Source: Vicinamibacterales bacterium
GTDB taxonomy: Bacteria > Acidobacteriota > Vicinamibacteria > Vicinamibacterales > UBA8438
Direction: 5' to 3'
Assembly (NCBI GenBank): GCA_965204675.1
Contig: OZ242003.1
Span: 5,901,295 to 5,965,294 of the forward strand
Length of the DNA stretch: 64,000 nucleotides
Below, piece by piece: positions 47,868 through 57,843 of the stretch. The position numbers and the translations under genes are program-made. The notes beneath the pieces are model-generated. The model had not been told where the DNA came from and made no database searches. It saw nothing but the letters and a program-made list of their open reading frames with translations. The first letter of the stretch is position 1. Each line of letters opens with the position of its first letter.

Positions 47868-49141
47868 CCGAGGACCCCGCTCGCGTGCAGCAGGCCGAGG
47901 TCCACGACGCCGGGCCAGTCGCGCAGGCGCGGATGGACGGAGCCGGCCACGACGTCGGTGCCATTCTGGTCGTCGCGGGCGAAGCACAACAACTGGTCCG
48001 TCGTGACTTGGCGTACGACGGCCGGTGAGTGGGTCGCCACGAGAATCTGGGCGCCGTAGATGGAGGAGAGCGAATCCATCAGCGTTTCGACGTTGCCAGG
48101 GTGTATACCGTTCTCGGGCTCCTCGATGAGATAAGGGCCCTCCGGATACGGCAGGTAGGCGGGCAGCGTGAGCGCGAGAAACCGCAACGTGCCGTCAGAG
48201 ACGAGCCAGGACGGCGCTTCCAGTCCGTTACGGTAGTGGACCACGAGATAGCGATGCCCATCTTCCGGACGCTTGATGGTGGTGATGTTCTCGACGTCGG
48301 GAAGCGCTTCGCGGACATGGCAGAGCCAGTCCGCGTAGCGCTCAGGGGTCTCGATGGCCACGGCGTCGATGACGTGCGGCAGATTCGAAGCGTCGGGACG
48401 ATAGAAGTCGGAGCTGCTGGATGGGCTAGGACGACGCATGGCGTCGCCCCAGGGCGCGATGCGCCCCACGCCGGCGACGAGCATCCGCCAGAAACGGTCT
48501 GCAACTGGGAAGACCTCCGCGTCACCGGGTCGCGTGGCAAGTGCGGGCCTGTCCGCCGGCAGGCTGAACGTGATGGGCCGCGCAGATGTCTCGGCGCGGA
48601 AAGTAACGCGCTCGGGCTCGCTGCCCCGGGAGACGATCCTCTTCCAGCCGGCCGGCGCACGCTGCGCCGGATCAGCCACGATTCGGGCCGGCGGGTCCGG
48701 CGGGTCCGGGAAGTCCGTTCCCTCGCGTTCGGGGACGGCTCCGCCGTCCGGTTTCAGCCACAGGGTCTCCTTTGCGATCCGGAGTGGCTGCGACACGTCG
48801 ATCGCAACTTCGTAACGGCAGATGCCGGCGCGCCTGTCCTTCAGGCGTTCCCGAAGGTCATCGGGAATGGTCGCCTCCACGGCCAGCTCGAACGTCGAGC
48901 CGCGCCGCATCCAGGTCAGGTGTTGCGGGTCGACCGCCCGCAACGGAACATCCTGCGTTGCGTTGCCGGTGATCGCCTGCCCGACGCCGACCCGCTGCAG
49001 GTCGCCCAGAAAGGCCAGGACATCGAGGAACGCCGACTTGCCGCTGGCGTTGGGTCCCACGAGGACGTGGAACGGCCCGAGCCGTTGCGAAACGTAGCGC
49101 AGGGATCGAAACCCGAGGGCCTCGATCCGAGTCACGATCAT
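47864..49141 (-). CDS. ABC-type ATPase (MAD3-like/AAA_21)
   Basis: RIEALGFRSL, GPNASGKS, VSDGTLRFL, LIEEPENGIHP and VATHSP. Confidence 0.85.
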   Translation of the reverse strand: MIVTRIEALGFRSLRYVSQRLGPFHVLVGPNASGKSAFLDVLAFLGDLQRVGVGQAITGNATQDVPLRAVDPQHLTWMRRGSTFELAVEATIPDDLRERLKDRRAGICRYEVAIDVSQPLRIAKETLWLKPDGGAVPEREGTDFPDPPDPPARIVADPAQRAPAGWKRIVSRGSEPERVTFRAETSARPITFSLPADRPALATRPGDAEVFPVADRFWRMLVAGVGRIAPWGDAMRRPSPSSSSDFYRPDASNLPHVIDAVAIETPERYADWLCHVREALPDVENITTIKRPEDGHRYLVVHYRNGLEAPSWLVSDGTLRFLALTLPAYLPYPEGPYLIEEPENGIHPGNVETLMDSLSSIYGAQILVATHSPAVVRQVTTDQLLCFARDDQNGTDVVAGSVHPRLRDWPGVVDLGLLHASGVLG

Positions 49142-49309
49142 GCCTTGACCTCCGACTTGAGGCGCGTGCTCCCGCTCAGTCCGCGGAGAACGGCCGCCGC
49201 ACCGCCCGCGCTACACTCCAGCCGGTGGACGACCCAGCGGAAACAGTCTAGCGGATCATCCCTGCGAGGTCTTGGCGTCGACCGTGAGTCGCCAGGCGGA
49301 GTCGCGTAC

Positions 49310-52300
49310 CTACCGCGGCGCCTCCGACCTGGCCAGCAAGTCCTTCATCCCGTAGTTCACGCTCGCGGCGCCGAAGTCCGGCTCGCTCTGGAACGGCCGG
49401 CGGACGTAGCGGACGCGGTGCGTGTCGTCGTCGCGGAACTCGACGATGGCGAGGATGAAGTCGTCCGGCTTGTTCAGCGAGCAGAGGATCTCGTTGCGGG
49501 TGACGGTGATGGTCTCGGCATCGCTCCGGCGCCCCTTGACCTCGATGAACCGCAGTCGGCCGGTGCCGGGGATGCGGCTCTCGATGTCGTACCCGAGCTT
49601 CTCGAGCTCGCGGTCCTTCGGGTCGAAGCCGAGGCGTCGCTCGGTGTCCATCACGGCGGCGCGCGCCCGGGCGGCGGAAGCCTGGGTGTCGACGGGCGGC
49701 TCGGGAGCTGGATCGACACGTCCCGCCATCCTGTCGATCAGGCCGCGCGGCACGACCAGGAGACCGCCGAGGACGACCGGCGGCCGAGGCGCGATCTGCC
49801 CGTCCCGGTTCAGCTCCGCGCTCCGCTTCTGCAGGCGGAGCTGCAGCGTGTCCGCCCGCCGGCGCGCTTCGCCCGAGTTGAGACGGGCGCCGGTCTTGCC
49901 GGCCTCCTCGTCGAGCTTGAGCTGCTCGGCGCGGTGGTCCCAGTAGGAGATCTCCTTGGTCAACCGGTCCTTCACCGCCGCTTCTGTCTTCGCGATGAGG
50001 GCGAGCCGGGCGTCGCGGACCTCGGCGAGGTGCTCGGGCACGACGTGGGCGACGGCGTAGGCCTGGGCCGTCTCCTCCAGGTCGCGGCCGATCCAGGAGC
50101 ACTCGTCGCGGGCGAGGATGGCGTCGACCGCCGGCTCGTCGTCGGTCAGCGGCCGGTAGTCGAGATACGGGGCGTAGTGAAGCTGGCGGGTGACGCCGTC
50201 GGCGGCGAGCTCGACGTAGAGCACCCGCTTCGAGATGACCCGCCGCTCGCCGGCGCGGGTGACGCTGCCGTCCTGCAGCGCGTGCTCGACGGAGAAGAGG
50301 ACGCGAGGCGCCGTGCCCGTGTCGCGGTCGTCGACGAGGACCGCGCCGTGCCTCAGCAGGTCGCGGTAGCGCTCGAGCGTCACGTCGATGACCGCGTCGA
50401 GCAGTGGATGGCCGGGGCAGACGAAGGCGGCGAGCGGCTGGCCGGGCGGCGCCACCAGCGGCTTCTCGAAGGCGATGCGCTCGTAGCGCGGCAGGACCGG
50501 CTCTCCGACCCCGATCATCCGGTCGCGGCTGCGGACGAGGGCCGGGACGTGCGTCACCTCGTAGCGGCGCGCCTCGCGTTGCCGCACGGTCCCGCCGAGC
50601 CGCCGGAACGCCTCGCGGAAGAACGACTCGATGTAGTGCGGCTGGAGACGGCGCGCCTCCGCCCGCTCCATCTCTTCGCGAACGCGCTGCACACGGGTGG
50701 CGTCCATCGCGTCGTGGACGAGCTGCCGCTCCTCCAGGAGGTCCTGCAGCGCGCCCGGGTCGAAGGCGTGGTCGACGGCGGTGTCGAGGCGCGCCCGCAC
50801 CTCGGGCCGCTCGCCGTACCGGATGGCATCGAGCAGCAGCTCGCGCAGAGGCCGCCCCTCGAACTCCAGCTTCCCGAGCACGTCGAACACCTGGCCGCCG
50901 AGCGTCTGCCGAGCCCGCTCCAGCTTCTCGAGCAGCCGCCGGTAGACGTCGCCCTCGCGCGTGTCGTCGGCGACCAGGTTCCACAGGTGGCAGACCTCCG
51001 TCTGGCCGATCCGGTGGATGCGCCCGAAGCGCTGCTCCAGCCGGTTCGGGTTCCACGGCAGGTCGTAGTTGACCATCAGGTGGGCCCGCTGCAGGTTGAT
51101 GCCCTCGCCGGCGGCGTCGGTGGCCAGCAGCACCTGCACGTCGGGGTCGTGGCGGAACGCCTCCTGCACCGCCAGCCGTTCCTCGCGGCCGATGCCGCCA
51201 TGGATGACGACGACCGCCTGTTCGCGGCCCAGCAGGGTGGCGATGCGCTTCTGCAGATAACGCAACGTGTCGCGGTGCTCCGTGAACAGCACCAGCTTCT
51301 GCCGCGGGGAGGGCGACGGCGGCGGAATCTCCCCGGCGCCGTACGGAACGTCCGTCTCCCTGACCTGTCCCCCCAGCCCCGCCGCCGTGAAGAGCTCACC
51401 GAAGAGACTCGCGAGCTCCAGCCACTTCGTATCCCGCCCCGCCCGTCGCACCTCCAGCGCCAGGGCTTCGAGCCGCTTCAGCGTCTCGATCTCCGCCTTC
51501 AGCTCCGCGATGGAGCGTGCCGCCGTCGCCTGATCGAGGATCCGCGCCTCGGCGTCCTCGACCTCCTGCTCGGGCGCGTCGTCGAGCTCATCGAGATCGT
51601 CTGCGTCGAGCTCCGGGACCGTGAACGGAACCGCCCCGGATGGCTGCCCGCCGCGCTGCAGGACCTCCAGCTCGCGCAAGCGCCCCTCCAGCCGCTCGCG
51701 CCGCCGTCGCAACGACTGATAGATCGCCTCCGACGACGAGGCGAGGCGCCGCTGGAGAATCGTGAGCGCGAAGCCGACCGTGCCCGCCCGCTTGGCGTTG
51801 GCCAGGGCGTCGGCCCGGTTGAACTCGTCCCGCACATAGTCCGTGACGGCCGCGTAAAGGCGGGCCTCCTCGTCTGACAACTGGTACGGGATGGTGTGGG
51901 CGATCCGCTCTGGAAACAGCGGCTTGCCGTCGAACTTCAGCAGCCGCTCCTTGACCATGCGCCGCATCAGGTCCGAGACGTCCGCCGTGTGGACGCCGTC
52001 CCGGAACCGCCCCTCGAAGCGGTCGCCGTCGAGCAGGGCCAGGAAGAGCTGGAAGTCCTCCTCCTTGCCGTTGTGCGGCGTCGCCGTCATCAGCAGCAGG
52101 TGCCGGGTCAACCCCGACAGCAGTTGGGCGAGCCGGTAGCGCTTGGTGTACTTGATCTCGCCGCCGAAGAACGTCGCCGAGAGCTTGTGGGCCTCGTCGC
52201 AGACCACCAGGTCCCAGCCTGCGTCCGGCGCCTGCAGCTTCTGCTGCACGTCCTCGTCACGCGACAGCTTGTCGAGCCGCGCGATGACGAGGTCCGTCTC

Positions 52301-52888
52301 CAGGAACCAGTTCCGGGTCCGCGCGGCCTCGAGCTTGTCGTTGGTCAGGATCTCGAAGGGGAGCTGGAACCGTCGGTACAGCTCGTCCTGCCACTGCTCG
52401 GCGAGGCTCCCCGGGCAGACGACCAGGCACCGCTCCAGGTCTCCGCGGGCGATCAGCTCCTTGATGAGGAGGCCCGCCATGATCGTCTTGCCCGCGCCGG
52501 GGTCGTCGGCCAGCAGGAAGCGCAACGGCTGGCGCGGCAGCATCGCCTCGTAGACGGCGGTGATCTGATGAGGCAGCGGATCTACCACCGATGTGTGGAC
52601 GGCCAGCACCGGGTCGAACAGGTGCGCGAGGCGGATGCGCTGAGCCTCCGACACCAGCCGGAACAGCGCCCCGTCGCCATCGAAGCTCCACGGGCGCCCC
52701 TCGGCGACGAGTTCCAGCCGATCTTCGTCGTGACGGTAGAGCAGCTCGTTGGCGACCGCGCCCTCCGGCGTCTTGTAGGTCAGCTCGAGCGCGTCCCCGC
52801 CGAACCAATGAACGCTGACCACCGTCACCGCTCCGTCGGGATGAACGCCCCTGACGGCGCCGCGCGGCTGCAGATCCTCAAGTTGCAT
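49310..52888 (-). CDS. SNF2-family helicase with C-terminal DUF3883 PD-(D/E)XK nuclease-like domain
   Basis: LLADDPGAGKT, DEAH, TATPH, TDAAGEGINLQ, EQRFGRIHR; C-terminal GYDIES..RFIEVKG. Confidence 0.92.
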   Translation of the reverse strand: MQLEDLQPRGAVRGVHPDGAVTVVSVHWFGGDALELTYKTPEGAVANELLYRHDEDRLELVAEGRPWSFDGDGALFRLVSEAQRIRLAHLFDPVLAVHTSVVDPLPHQITAVYEAMLPRQPLRFLLADDPGAGKTIMAGLLIKELIARGDLERCLVVCPGSLAEQWQDELYRRFQLPFEILTNDKLEAARTRNWFLETDLVIARLDKLSRDEDVQQKLQAPDAGWDLVVCDEAHKLSATFFGGEIKYTKRYRLAQLLSGLTRHLLLMTATPHNGKEEDFQLFLALLDGDRFEGRFRDGVHTADVSDLMRRMVKERLLKFDGKPLFPERIAHTIPYQLSDEEARLYAAVTDYVRDEFNRADALANAKRAGTVGFALTILQRRLASSSEAIYQSLRRRRERLEGRLRELEVLQRGGQPSGAVPFTVPELDADDLDELDDAPEQEVEDAEARILDQATAARSIAELKAEIETLKRLEALALEVRRAGRDTKWLELASLFGELFTAAGLGGQVRETDVPYGAGEIPPPSPSPRQKLVLFTEHRDTLRYLQKRIATLLGREQAVVVIHGGIGREERLAVQEAFRHDPDVQVLLATDAAGEGINLQRAHLMVNYDLPWNPNRLEQRFGRIHRIGQTEVCHLWNLVADDTREGDVYRRLLEKLERARQTLGGQVFDVLGKLEFEGRPLRELLLDAIRYGERPEVRARLDTAVDHAFDPGALQDLLEERQLVHDAMDATRVQRVREEMERAEARRLQPHYIESFFREAFRRLGGTVRQREARRYEVTHVPALVRSRDRMIGVGEPVLPRYERIAFEKPLVAPPGQPLAAFVCPGHPLLDAVIDVTLERYRDLLRHGAVLVDDRDTGTAPRVLFSVEHALQDGSVTRAGERRVISKRVLYVELAADGVTRQLHYAPYLDYRPLTDDEPAVDAILARDECSWIGRDLEETAQAYAVAHVVPEHLAEVRDARLALIAKTEAAVKDRLTKEISYWDHRAEQLKLDEEAGKTGARLNSGEARRRADTLQLRLQKRSAELNRDGQIAPRPPVVLGGLLVVPRGLIDRMAGRVDPAPEPPVDTQASAARARAAVMDTERRLGFDPKDRELEKLGYDIESRIPGTGRLRFIEVKGRRSDAETITVTRNEILCSLNKPDDFILAIVEFRDDDTHRVRYVRRPFQSEPDFGAASVNYGMKDLLARSEAPR

Positions 52889-53284
52889 GACTCCCGATCA
52901 CCCCAACACCATGCACGCGCCGGCCCAGCCCTGCACGCAAGACGCTCTTGTGCTGACTCCATGCACGATGAAGAACCGCAGCCGCACGAATCGTACGTTG
53001 GGTTGACCGGACCACCTCTATGGCTGAGCGATTCGAACACAAAGCCTGGAAGGAGACTGATGGCGACAATTGGACATGGTCCCGAATCAGCCGCTCCAAG
53101 ACTGCGGGCATCCGCGAGAACGGAAACACCGTGAGGCAGCAGCACCTCGCTGGTCAGATCGAACATCGGCACCCCTGCAACGCGCCTAACACCCGGCGCT
53201 GCAAACGCACCACACAACCACCACTCCGCTGCCCCTCCTGCGTGCACACCCTGACGCGCAGCGCCACCGACATCACCGCCAGCT

Positions 53285-54949
53285 TCACTCCAGCCGCCAC
53301 TCCCTTTTCAGTCTGGCCACCAGAGCGTCCTGGCGACGCCTCAAGACGGCCGGTGTCCATTCCTGCTCATTGAGTACCTGCGTGGTCAATGCAAACGGGG
53401 ACACGCCGCCCCGAGTGAAGTACCGGGTCGTCTTCTCTTCAAAATCCAAATTGGAGGCCCCGCTGTTCTTGCGGCGCGACAGAAGCACCAGATTCGCCAA
53501 TCGATGCGTCCACGACGCGCGCTCCTCATCATCCGCAAACCACCGAAGCCATGTCGAATCCTCCCTCGGGCGTTGAGGCAGCACGTGTTCGATCGAAATA
53601 ACCGAATGCTCGTAGCGCGCACCCGCGCCGACCAGCAAGCCGTCAAGCCTCAGCAGAAGCGGTTTCGGAACGCGCGGCAGCGTGTACACCGGCCCGTTCA
53701 GCGCATGCACGATGGCTTCCTTCTCTTCAGCTCGAAGCTGGAGGTGGCCTTCAGGCTCCAAGATGTCGTCGCCCTCCTCCATGGACTGGAGTATGGCAGC
53801 GTAACGGTTCACTCGCTCGTTGATGTTGGCACGCCGAATGAAAAGACCGTAGGCCAACCTCTCCAGATCGGCGATGAACTGCCTGCGTCGGTCCGAATCA
53901 GCCGAATTGGCGCGGAGGAACGCCATAGCTGGCGGGACCCAATCATAGTTGTCAAGACGACGCAAACTACCGAGGCATGCAACCGTTCTGTCGTCGCCGG
54001 CCGTGCCCTCCGACATCCCCAGCACGGATTCGTACGCCTCGGCGTACGGCTCGAGGATGTTGTCGATGAAATCCGTACTTCTGGAATTCTTCAGCACAAA
54101 ATCCTGGAACTCGTCCTGCAGATTGCGACGCGCCTTGGCCTTGGCATACACCATCCGTATGTGGACAAAAAGATCGCTGAATCTGCTTCGGCCCAACTCT
54201 TGCTCGATGTCCTCCCACTTGTCGCTGTACTCCTGGCGCCTTATCTCCTCGATACTCCCAATGATCTGGGCCTTCAGAATATCGGTCGGACCTAGATTGA
54301 GCCCGCGATCATTCATGACCGAGAAAATCCGATAGGCAGAGCCTATGTCGGACGTCGAAACGACCACCAGGTAGCAATGCTGGATGATGAACCGAGACAA
54401 GGAGTCCCGATCCCCGCTCGCTAAGTCGGACAGCTTCCTGTACAGGTGCCCCGCATTTTCGACTATCCGTAGCTGGCTGTCCGTGGCGACCTGCCCGCCG
54501 GTCGTCTCCAGCAACCTTGGGATCGCGCCATTGGTCTGAATGTTCGCGTGAAAAAAGGCCTGATCTCGATCTCGGAGCCGCAACCGAACCTCTTCCTCTG
54601 CGCCGATCAGCTCATCAGGAGGTTGCCGCACGCGCCTGTCCAAATCGGTCCTAATCGGCTCCTCAGCCAGGTCCCGAAGCGTACAAAGCAGAATCGTGAG
54701 CGTCGTCAGCCGCTGCTGACCGTCGATGACCTTGCTGTCTGGACCGTCGCCCTTGATGAGAACAATGCTACCGAGGAAATAGGGAACATCCTTTTCTCTG
54801 CCCATGGCGAACAACAGATCGTCCAGCAGTTCGCCGACCTCGTCGGTAGTCCAAGCATACGGGCGTTGGTAATGGGGAATCTCGAACACGTAGTCGTCGC
54901 AGAACACCTTGTTCAAGTTCTGTTCACTGGCCTTGATTGTCTCTGGCAT
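53285..54949 (-). CDS. GmrSD-type DUF262 + DUF1524 (HNH) restriction endonuclease
   Basis: IPHYQRPYAW, FLGSIV, IDGQQRLTT, F..MNDRGLNL, SIEHVLPQ and LANLVLL..RKN. The sequence is visibly more AT-rich than the flanks. Confidence 0.9.
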   Translation of the reverse strand: MPETIKASEQNLNKVFCDDYVFEIPHYQRPYAWTTDEVGELLDDLLFAMGREKDVPYFLGSIVLIKGDGPDSKVIDGQQRLTTLTILLCTLRDLAEEPIRTDLDRRVRQPPDELIGAEEEVRLRLRDRDQAFFHANIQTNGAIPRLLETTGGQVATDSQLRIVENAGHLYRKLSDLASGDRDSLSRFIIQHCYLVVVSTSDIGSAYRIFSVMNDRGLNLGPTDILKAQIIGSIEEIRRQEYSDKWEDIEQELGRSRFSDLFVHIRMVYAKAKARRNLQDEFQDFVLKNSRSTDFIDNILEPYAEAYESVLGMSEGTAGDDRTVACLGSLRRLDNYDWVPPAMAFLRANSADSDRRRQFIADLERLAYGLFIRRANINERVNRYAAILQSMEEGDDILEPEGHLQLRAEEKEAIVHALNGPVYTLPRVPKPLLLRLDGLLVGAGARYEHSVISIEHVLPQRPREDSTWLRWFADDEERASWTHRLANLVLLSRRKNSGASNLDFEEKTTRYFTRGGVSPFALTTQVLNEQEWTPAVLRRRQDALVARLKREWRLE

Positions 54950-55036
54950 TTGACGTGGACCCCAACAAACTGACGCAGTGAAGGGTCACGCGGAAGCGAC
55001 GCGTCGCACGGGCCGGCGCGCCGCCCCCTAACGCTC

Positions 55037-56740
55037 CTACGGCAAGGCGAACACGAACAACGCATTCCCCTGCCGCGGATTCCGCATCTCCCGGAGCAGA
55101 TCGGCAGGCAGGATGCTCGTCCAGCTCGAGCCGCCGAGGGGGCCGCCGGCGCTGAACGCGATGTACTGCTTGCCGTCGACCGCGTAGGTGATCGGGTAGC
55201 CGTTGGACATGGTGGTGAGCCGGCTCTGCCAGAGCTGCTCGCCGCTCGCGGCGTCGTAGGCGAAGACGTAGCGCTCCCAGTCGCCGACGAAGACGAGGCC
55301 GCCGGCGGTGGTCAGGGCCGCGGTGTTGTAGGGGGCGCGGCGGCGGTGCTTCCACAGGGTCTCGCCGGTGCGGATGTCGAGGGCCTGGAACTCGCCCATC
55401 TGGTCGGGCGCGTCGGGGTGGAAGTGGTTGAGCCGGCCACGGACGCCGCCGGTGCCGCCGCCGCCGAGACGGCGCTCGACGGGGCCGAACGCGGCGGTCT
55501 CGCAGTTGAGGTTGAGGGGGATGTAGAGGGCGGTCGTGTCGGGGTGGTAGGCCATGGCGCGGAGGCTCTTGAAGCCGCCGGTGCTGGGGCAGAAGAAGAG
55601 CTCCTCGCCCACGCCCGAGACCATGCCCTCGCGGTAGGTGAACTCACCCGTCGCGGGGTCGACGTCCGCCAGGTTCTGGTAGCCGAGGTCGACGGCGCTG
55701 GTGAACGCGCCGCTGGCGCGGTCGAGCTCCCAGAGAATGGCGAGCTTGCCCATGCTGAAGACCGACTGCTTGCCGTCGTAGTCGATCAGGATGCGCTCGA
55801 ACGTCTCGTCCATGTCGTGGCTGTCGCCGGGGATGTGCTGGAAGTACCAGGCCATCTCGCCGGTGGCGGGGTCGAGGGCGAGGGTCGAGTTGCTGTAGAG
55901 GGCGTCGCCGTCGGTGCCGCGGGCGTCGCGCGACCACGGCTTGGCCTGGGCGGTGCCGTAGAAGACGAGCCCGGTCGCGGGGTCGTAGCTGCCGGGAATC
56001 CACGCGTCGCTGCCGGCGCGGAAGAGCAGCGGCAGGTCGCCCCAGGTGTCGCCGCCGCGCTCGCCTGGGCGGGCGATGGTGGACGTGCGCCACAGTGCCT
56101 GCCCCGTGCGGGCGTCGAGGCCGACGATGTAGCAGGTGTCCTCGCGGAACCGCTCGCAGCCGCGGAGCCCCGCCACGACGACGCCGTTGGCGATGACCGG
56201 ACCGCTCGAGAAGCCGTAGCCCTCCTCCTCGGGGATGACCGGGGTCTCCCAGCGCACGTCGCCGGTGCGGGCGTCGAGGCCGACGACGTGGGCGTCGACG
56301 GTGTTCAGGATGATGAGGTCCTCGTAGATGGCGAGGCTGCGCATCTGGGCGGCGGGCCGGCGCGCCTCCTCCATCTCGCGCCGGTACTCCCAGATGAAGT
56401 CGCCGCTGTCGGCGTGCAGCGCCTGCACGACGTTGCCGGGGTTGGCGAGGTAGAGGATGCCGTCGTGCACCATCGGCGTCGTCTGCGACACGCCGGGCTC
56501 CATGCCCCACGACCACGCGAGCCGCAGATCGCCGACGTTGCCGCGGTCGATCTCGTCGAGGGGGCTGTAGCCCCACCCGTCGAGGGTGCGCCGCCAGCTC
56601 AGCCAGTCGGCGGGATCGGGGTCCTGGAGCACGGCGTCGGTGACCGGCGTCAGCTCCTCGACCTGCGCGTGCGACGCCTCCCCCGCCCCGAACAGCACCA
56701 CGACGCTTGCACATGCGACGAACCAGGCACGAACTGTCAT
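55037..56740 (-). CDS. Exported PQQ-dependent dehydrogenase (quinoprotein alcohol/sugar dehydrogenase-like)
   Basis: Signal peptide; DWLSWRRT..GWGYSPL..I, QTTPMV, YDPATGLVFYGT, WYFQH.PGD.HDMD and PITY.VDGKQY. Confidence 0.85.
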   Translation of the reverse strand: MTVRAWFVACASVVVLFGAGEASHAQVEELTPVTDAVLQDPDPADWLSWRRTLDGWGYSPLDEIDRGNVGDLRLAWSWGMEPGVSQTTPMVHDGILYLANPGNVVQALHADSGDFIWEYRREMEEARRPAAQMRSLAIYEDLIILNTVDAHVVGLDARTGDVRWETPVIPEEEGYGFSSGPVIANGVVVAGLRGCERFREDTCYIVGLDARTGQALWRTSTIARPGERGGDTWGDLPLLFRAGSDAWIPGSYDPATGLVFYGTAQAKPWSRDARGTDGDALYSNSTLALDPATGEMAWYFQHIPGDSHDMDETFERILIDYDGKQSVFSMGKLAILWELDRASGAFTSAVDLGYQNLADVDPATGEFTYREGMVSGVGEELFFCPSTGGFKSLRAMAYHPDTTALYIPLNLNCETAAFGPVERRLGGGGTGGVRGRLNHFHPDAPDQMGEFQALDIRTGETLWKHRRRAPYNTAALTTAGGLVFVGDWERYVFAYDAASGEQLWQSRLTTMSNGYPITYAVDGKQYIAFSAGGPLGGSSWTSILPADLLREMRNPRQGNALFVFALP

Positions 56741-56779
56741 CCCGAACCTCCTCACGTCTTCCGAACCAGACAAGCGCGC

Positions 56780-57841
56780 CTAAGCGATCCCGGCCCCGCG
56801 CACGCCCACGTACACCGAGAAGAGCGACTGGCTGGCGGTCATGAACAGCCGGTTGCGCTTCTCCCCGCCGAAGCAGACGTTGGCGCACACCTCGGGCAGG
56901 CGGATGACCCCGATGGTGTCGCCGTCCGGGGCCACGATCTGCACGCCGGGGCGGGCGCCGGCCCAGATGTTGCCGTCGACGTCGCAGCGCATGCCGTCGG
57001 CGCCCGATATGGTGTCGGGATCGCCGGGCATGGTGAGCTGCACGTGCCGCCGGCCGTTGCGGAGGCCGGTCCCGTCGACGTCCCAGACCCGGATCTCCCG
57101 CCCGCTGCCGGTGTCGGCCACGTACAGGCGCTCGTAGTCGGGCGAGAAGCAGATGCCGTTGGGCGCCCCGATGTCGTCGGTGACCCGCGCGATCTCGCCG
57201 GTCTGCCCGTCCACGCGGTAGACCGAGAGCGGCAGCTCGGCCTCGGCCCGGAAGCCCTCGTAGTCGCCGCGCACGCCGTAGGGCGGGTCGGTGAACCAGA
57301 TGCTGCGGTCGGGGTGCACCACCACGTCGTTGGGCGAGTTCAGCCGCGTCCCCTCGAAGCTGTCGGCGATGACCGTCACCTCGCCCGACTGCTCGTAGCG
57401 GACCACCCGGCGCCCCCCGTGCTCGCACGAGAGCTGCCGGCCCTCGTGGTCGAACGTGTTGCCGTTGCTGTAGCCCGACGGGTTGCGGAACTCGGTGACC
57501 CGGCCGTCGTCCTCGATCCAGCGCATCTGGCGGTTGTTGGGGATGTCGCTCCACACCAGGTAGCGACCCACGCCGTTCCAGGCCGGCCCCTCCGCCCAGA
57601 GGGTGCCGGTGTAGTGGCGCCGGATCGGGGTGTTGAAGAGGATGTAGCGGCGGAACCGGGGGTCGAGGGCGATGATGTCCGGATCGGGGTAGCGGAGCGG
57701 CGTGTTCCCCGACCAGTCGCGCGGCTGATACGGCGGAATGGCAGCCTGCTGGCGCGCCAGCGCGGGGACGGCGGCGGCACCGGCGGCGCCGGCGGCGAAC
57801 ACGGACAGAAACGTGCGACGGTCTACGGATCGGCGGTTCAT
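56780..57841 (-). CDS. SMP-30/gluconolactonase with Tat signal
   Basis: DRRTFL twin-arginine motif; WAEGPAW, SNGNT, LNSPND, FTDP, PNGICFSPD and DGMRCD. Confidence 0.9.
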   Translation of the reverse strand: MNRRSVDRRTFLSVFAAGAAGAAAVPALARQQAAIPPYQPRDWSGNTPLRYPDPDIIALDPRFRRYILFNTPIRRHYTGTLWAEGPAWNGVGRYLVWSDIPNNRQMRWIEDDGRVTEFRNPSGYSNGNTFDHEGRQLSCEHGGRRVVRYEQSGEVTVIADSFEGTRLNSPNDVVVHPDRSIWFTDPPYGVRGDYEGFRAEAELPLSVYRVDGQTGEIARVTDDIGAPNGICFSPDYERLYVADTGSGREIRVWDVDGTGLRNGRRHVQLTMPGDPDTISGADGMRCDVDGNIWAGARPGVQIVAPDGDTIGVIRLPEVCANVCFGGEKRNRLFMTASQSLFSVYVGVRGAGIA

Positions 57842-57843
57842 GG

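Noticed and set aside
53184-53204. Integron attC site / gene cassette for GmrSD
   Set aside because: Only one arm is visible. I found no complementary RYYYAAC/GTTRRRY partner at a suitable distance and no integron integrase in the window.
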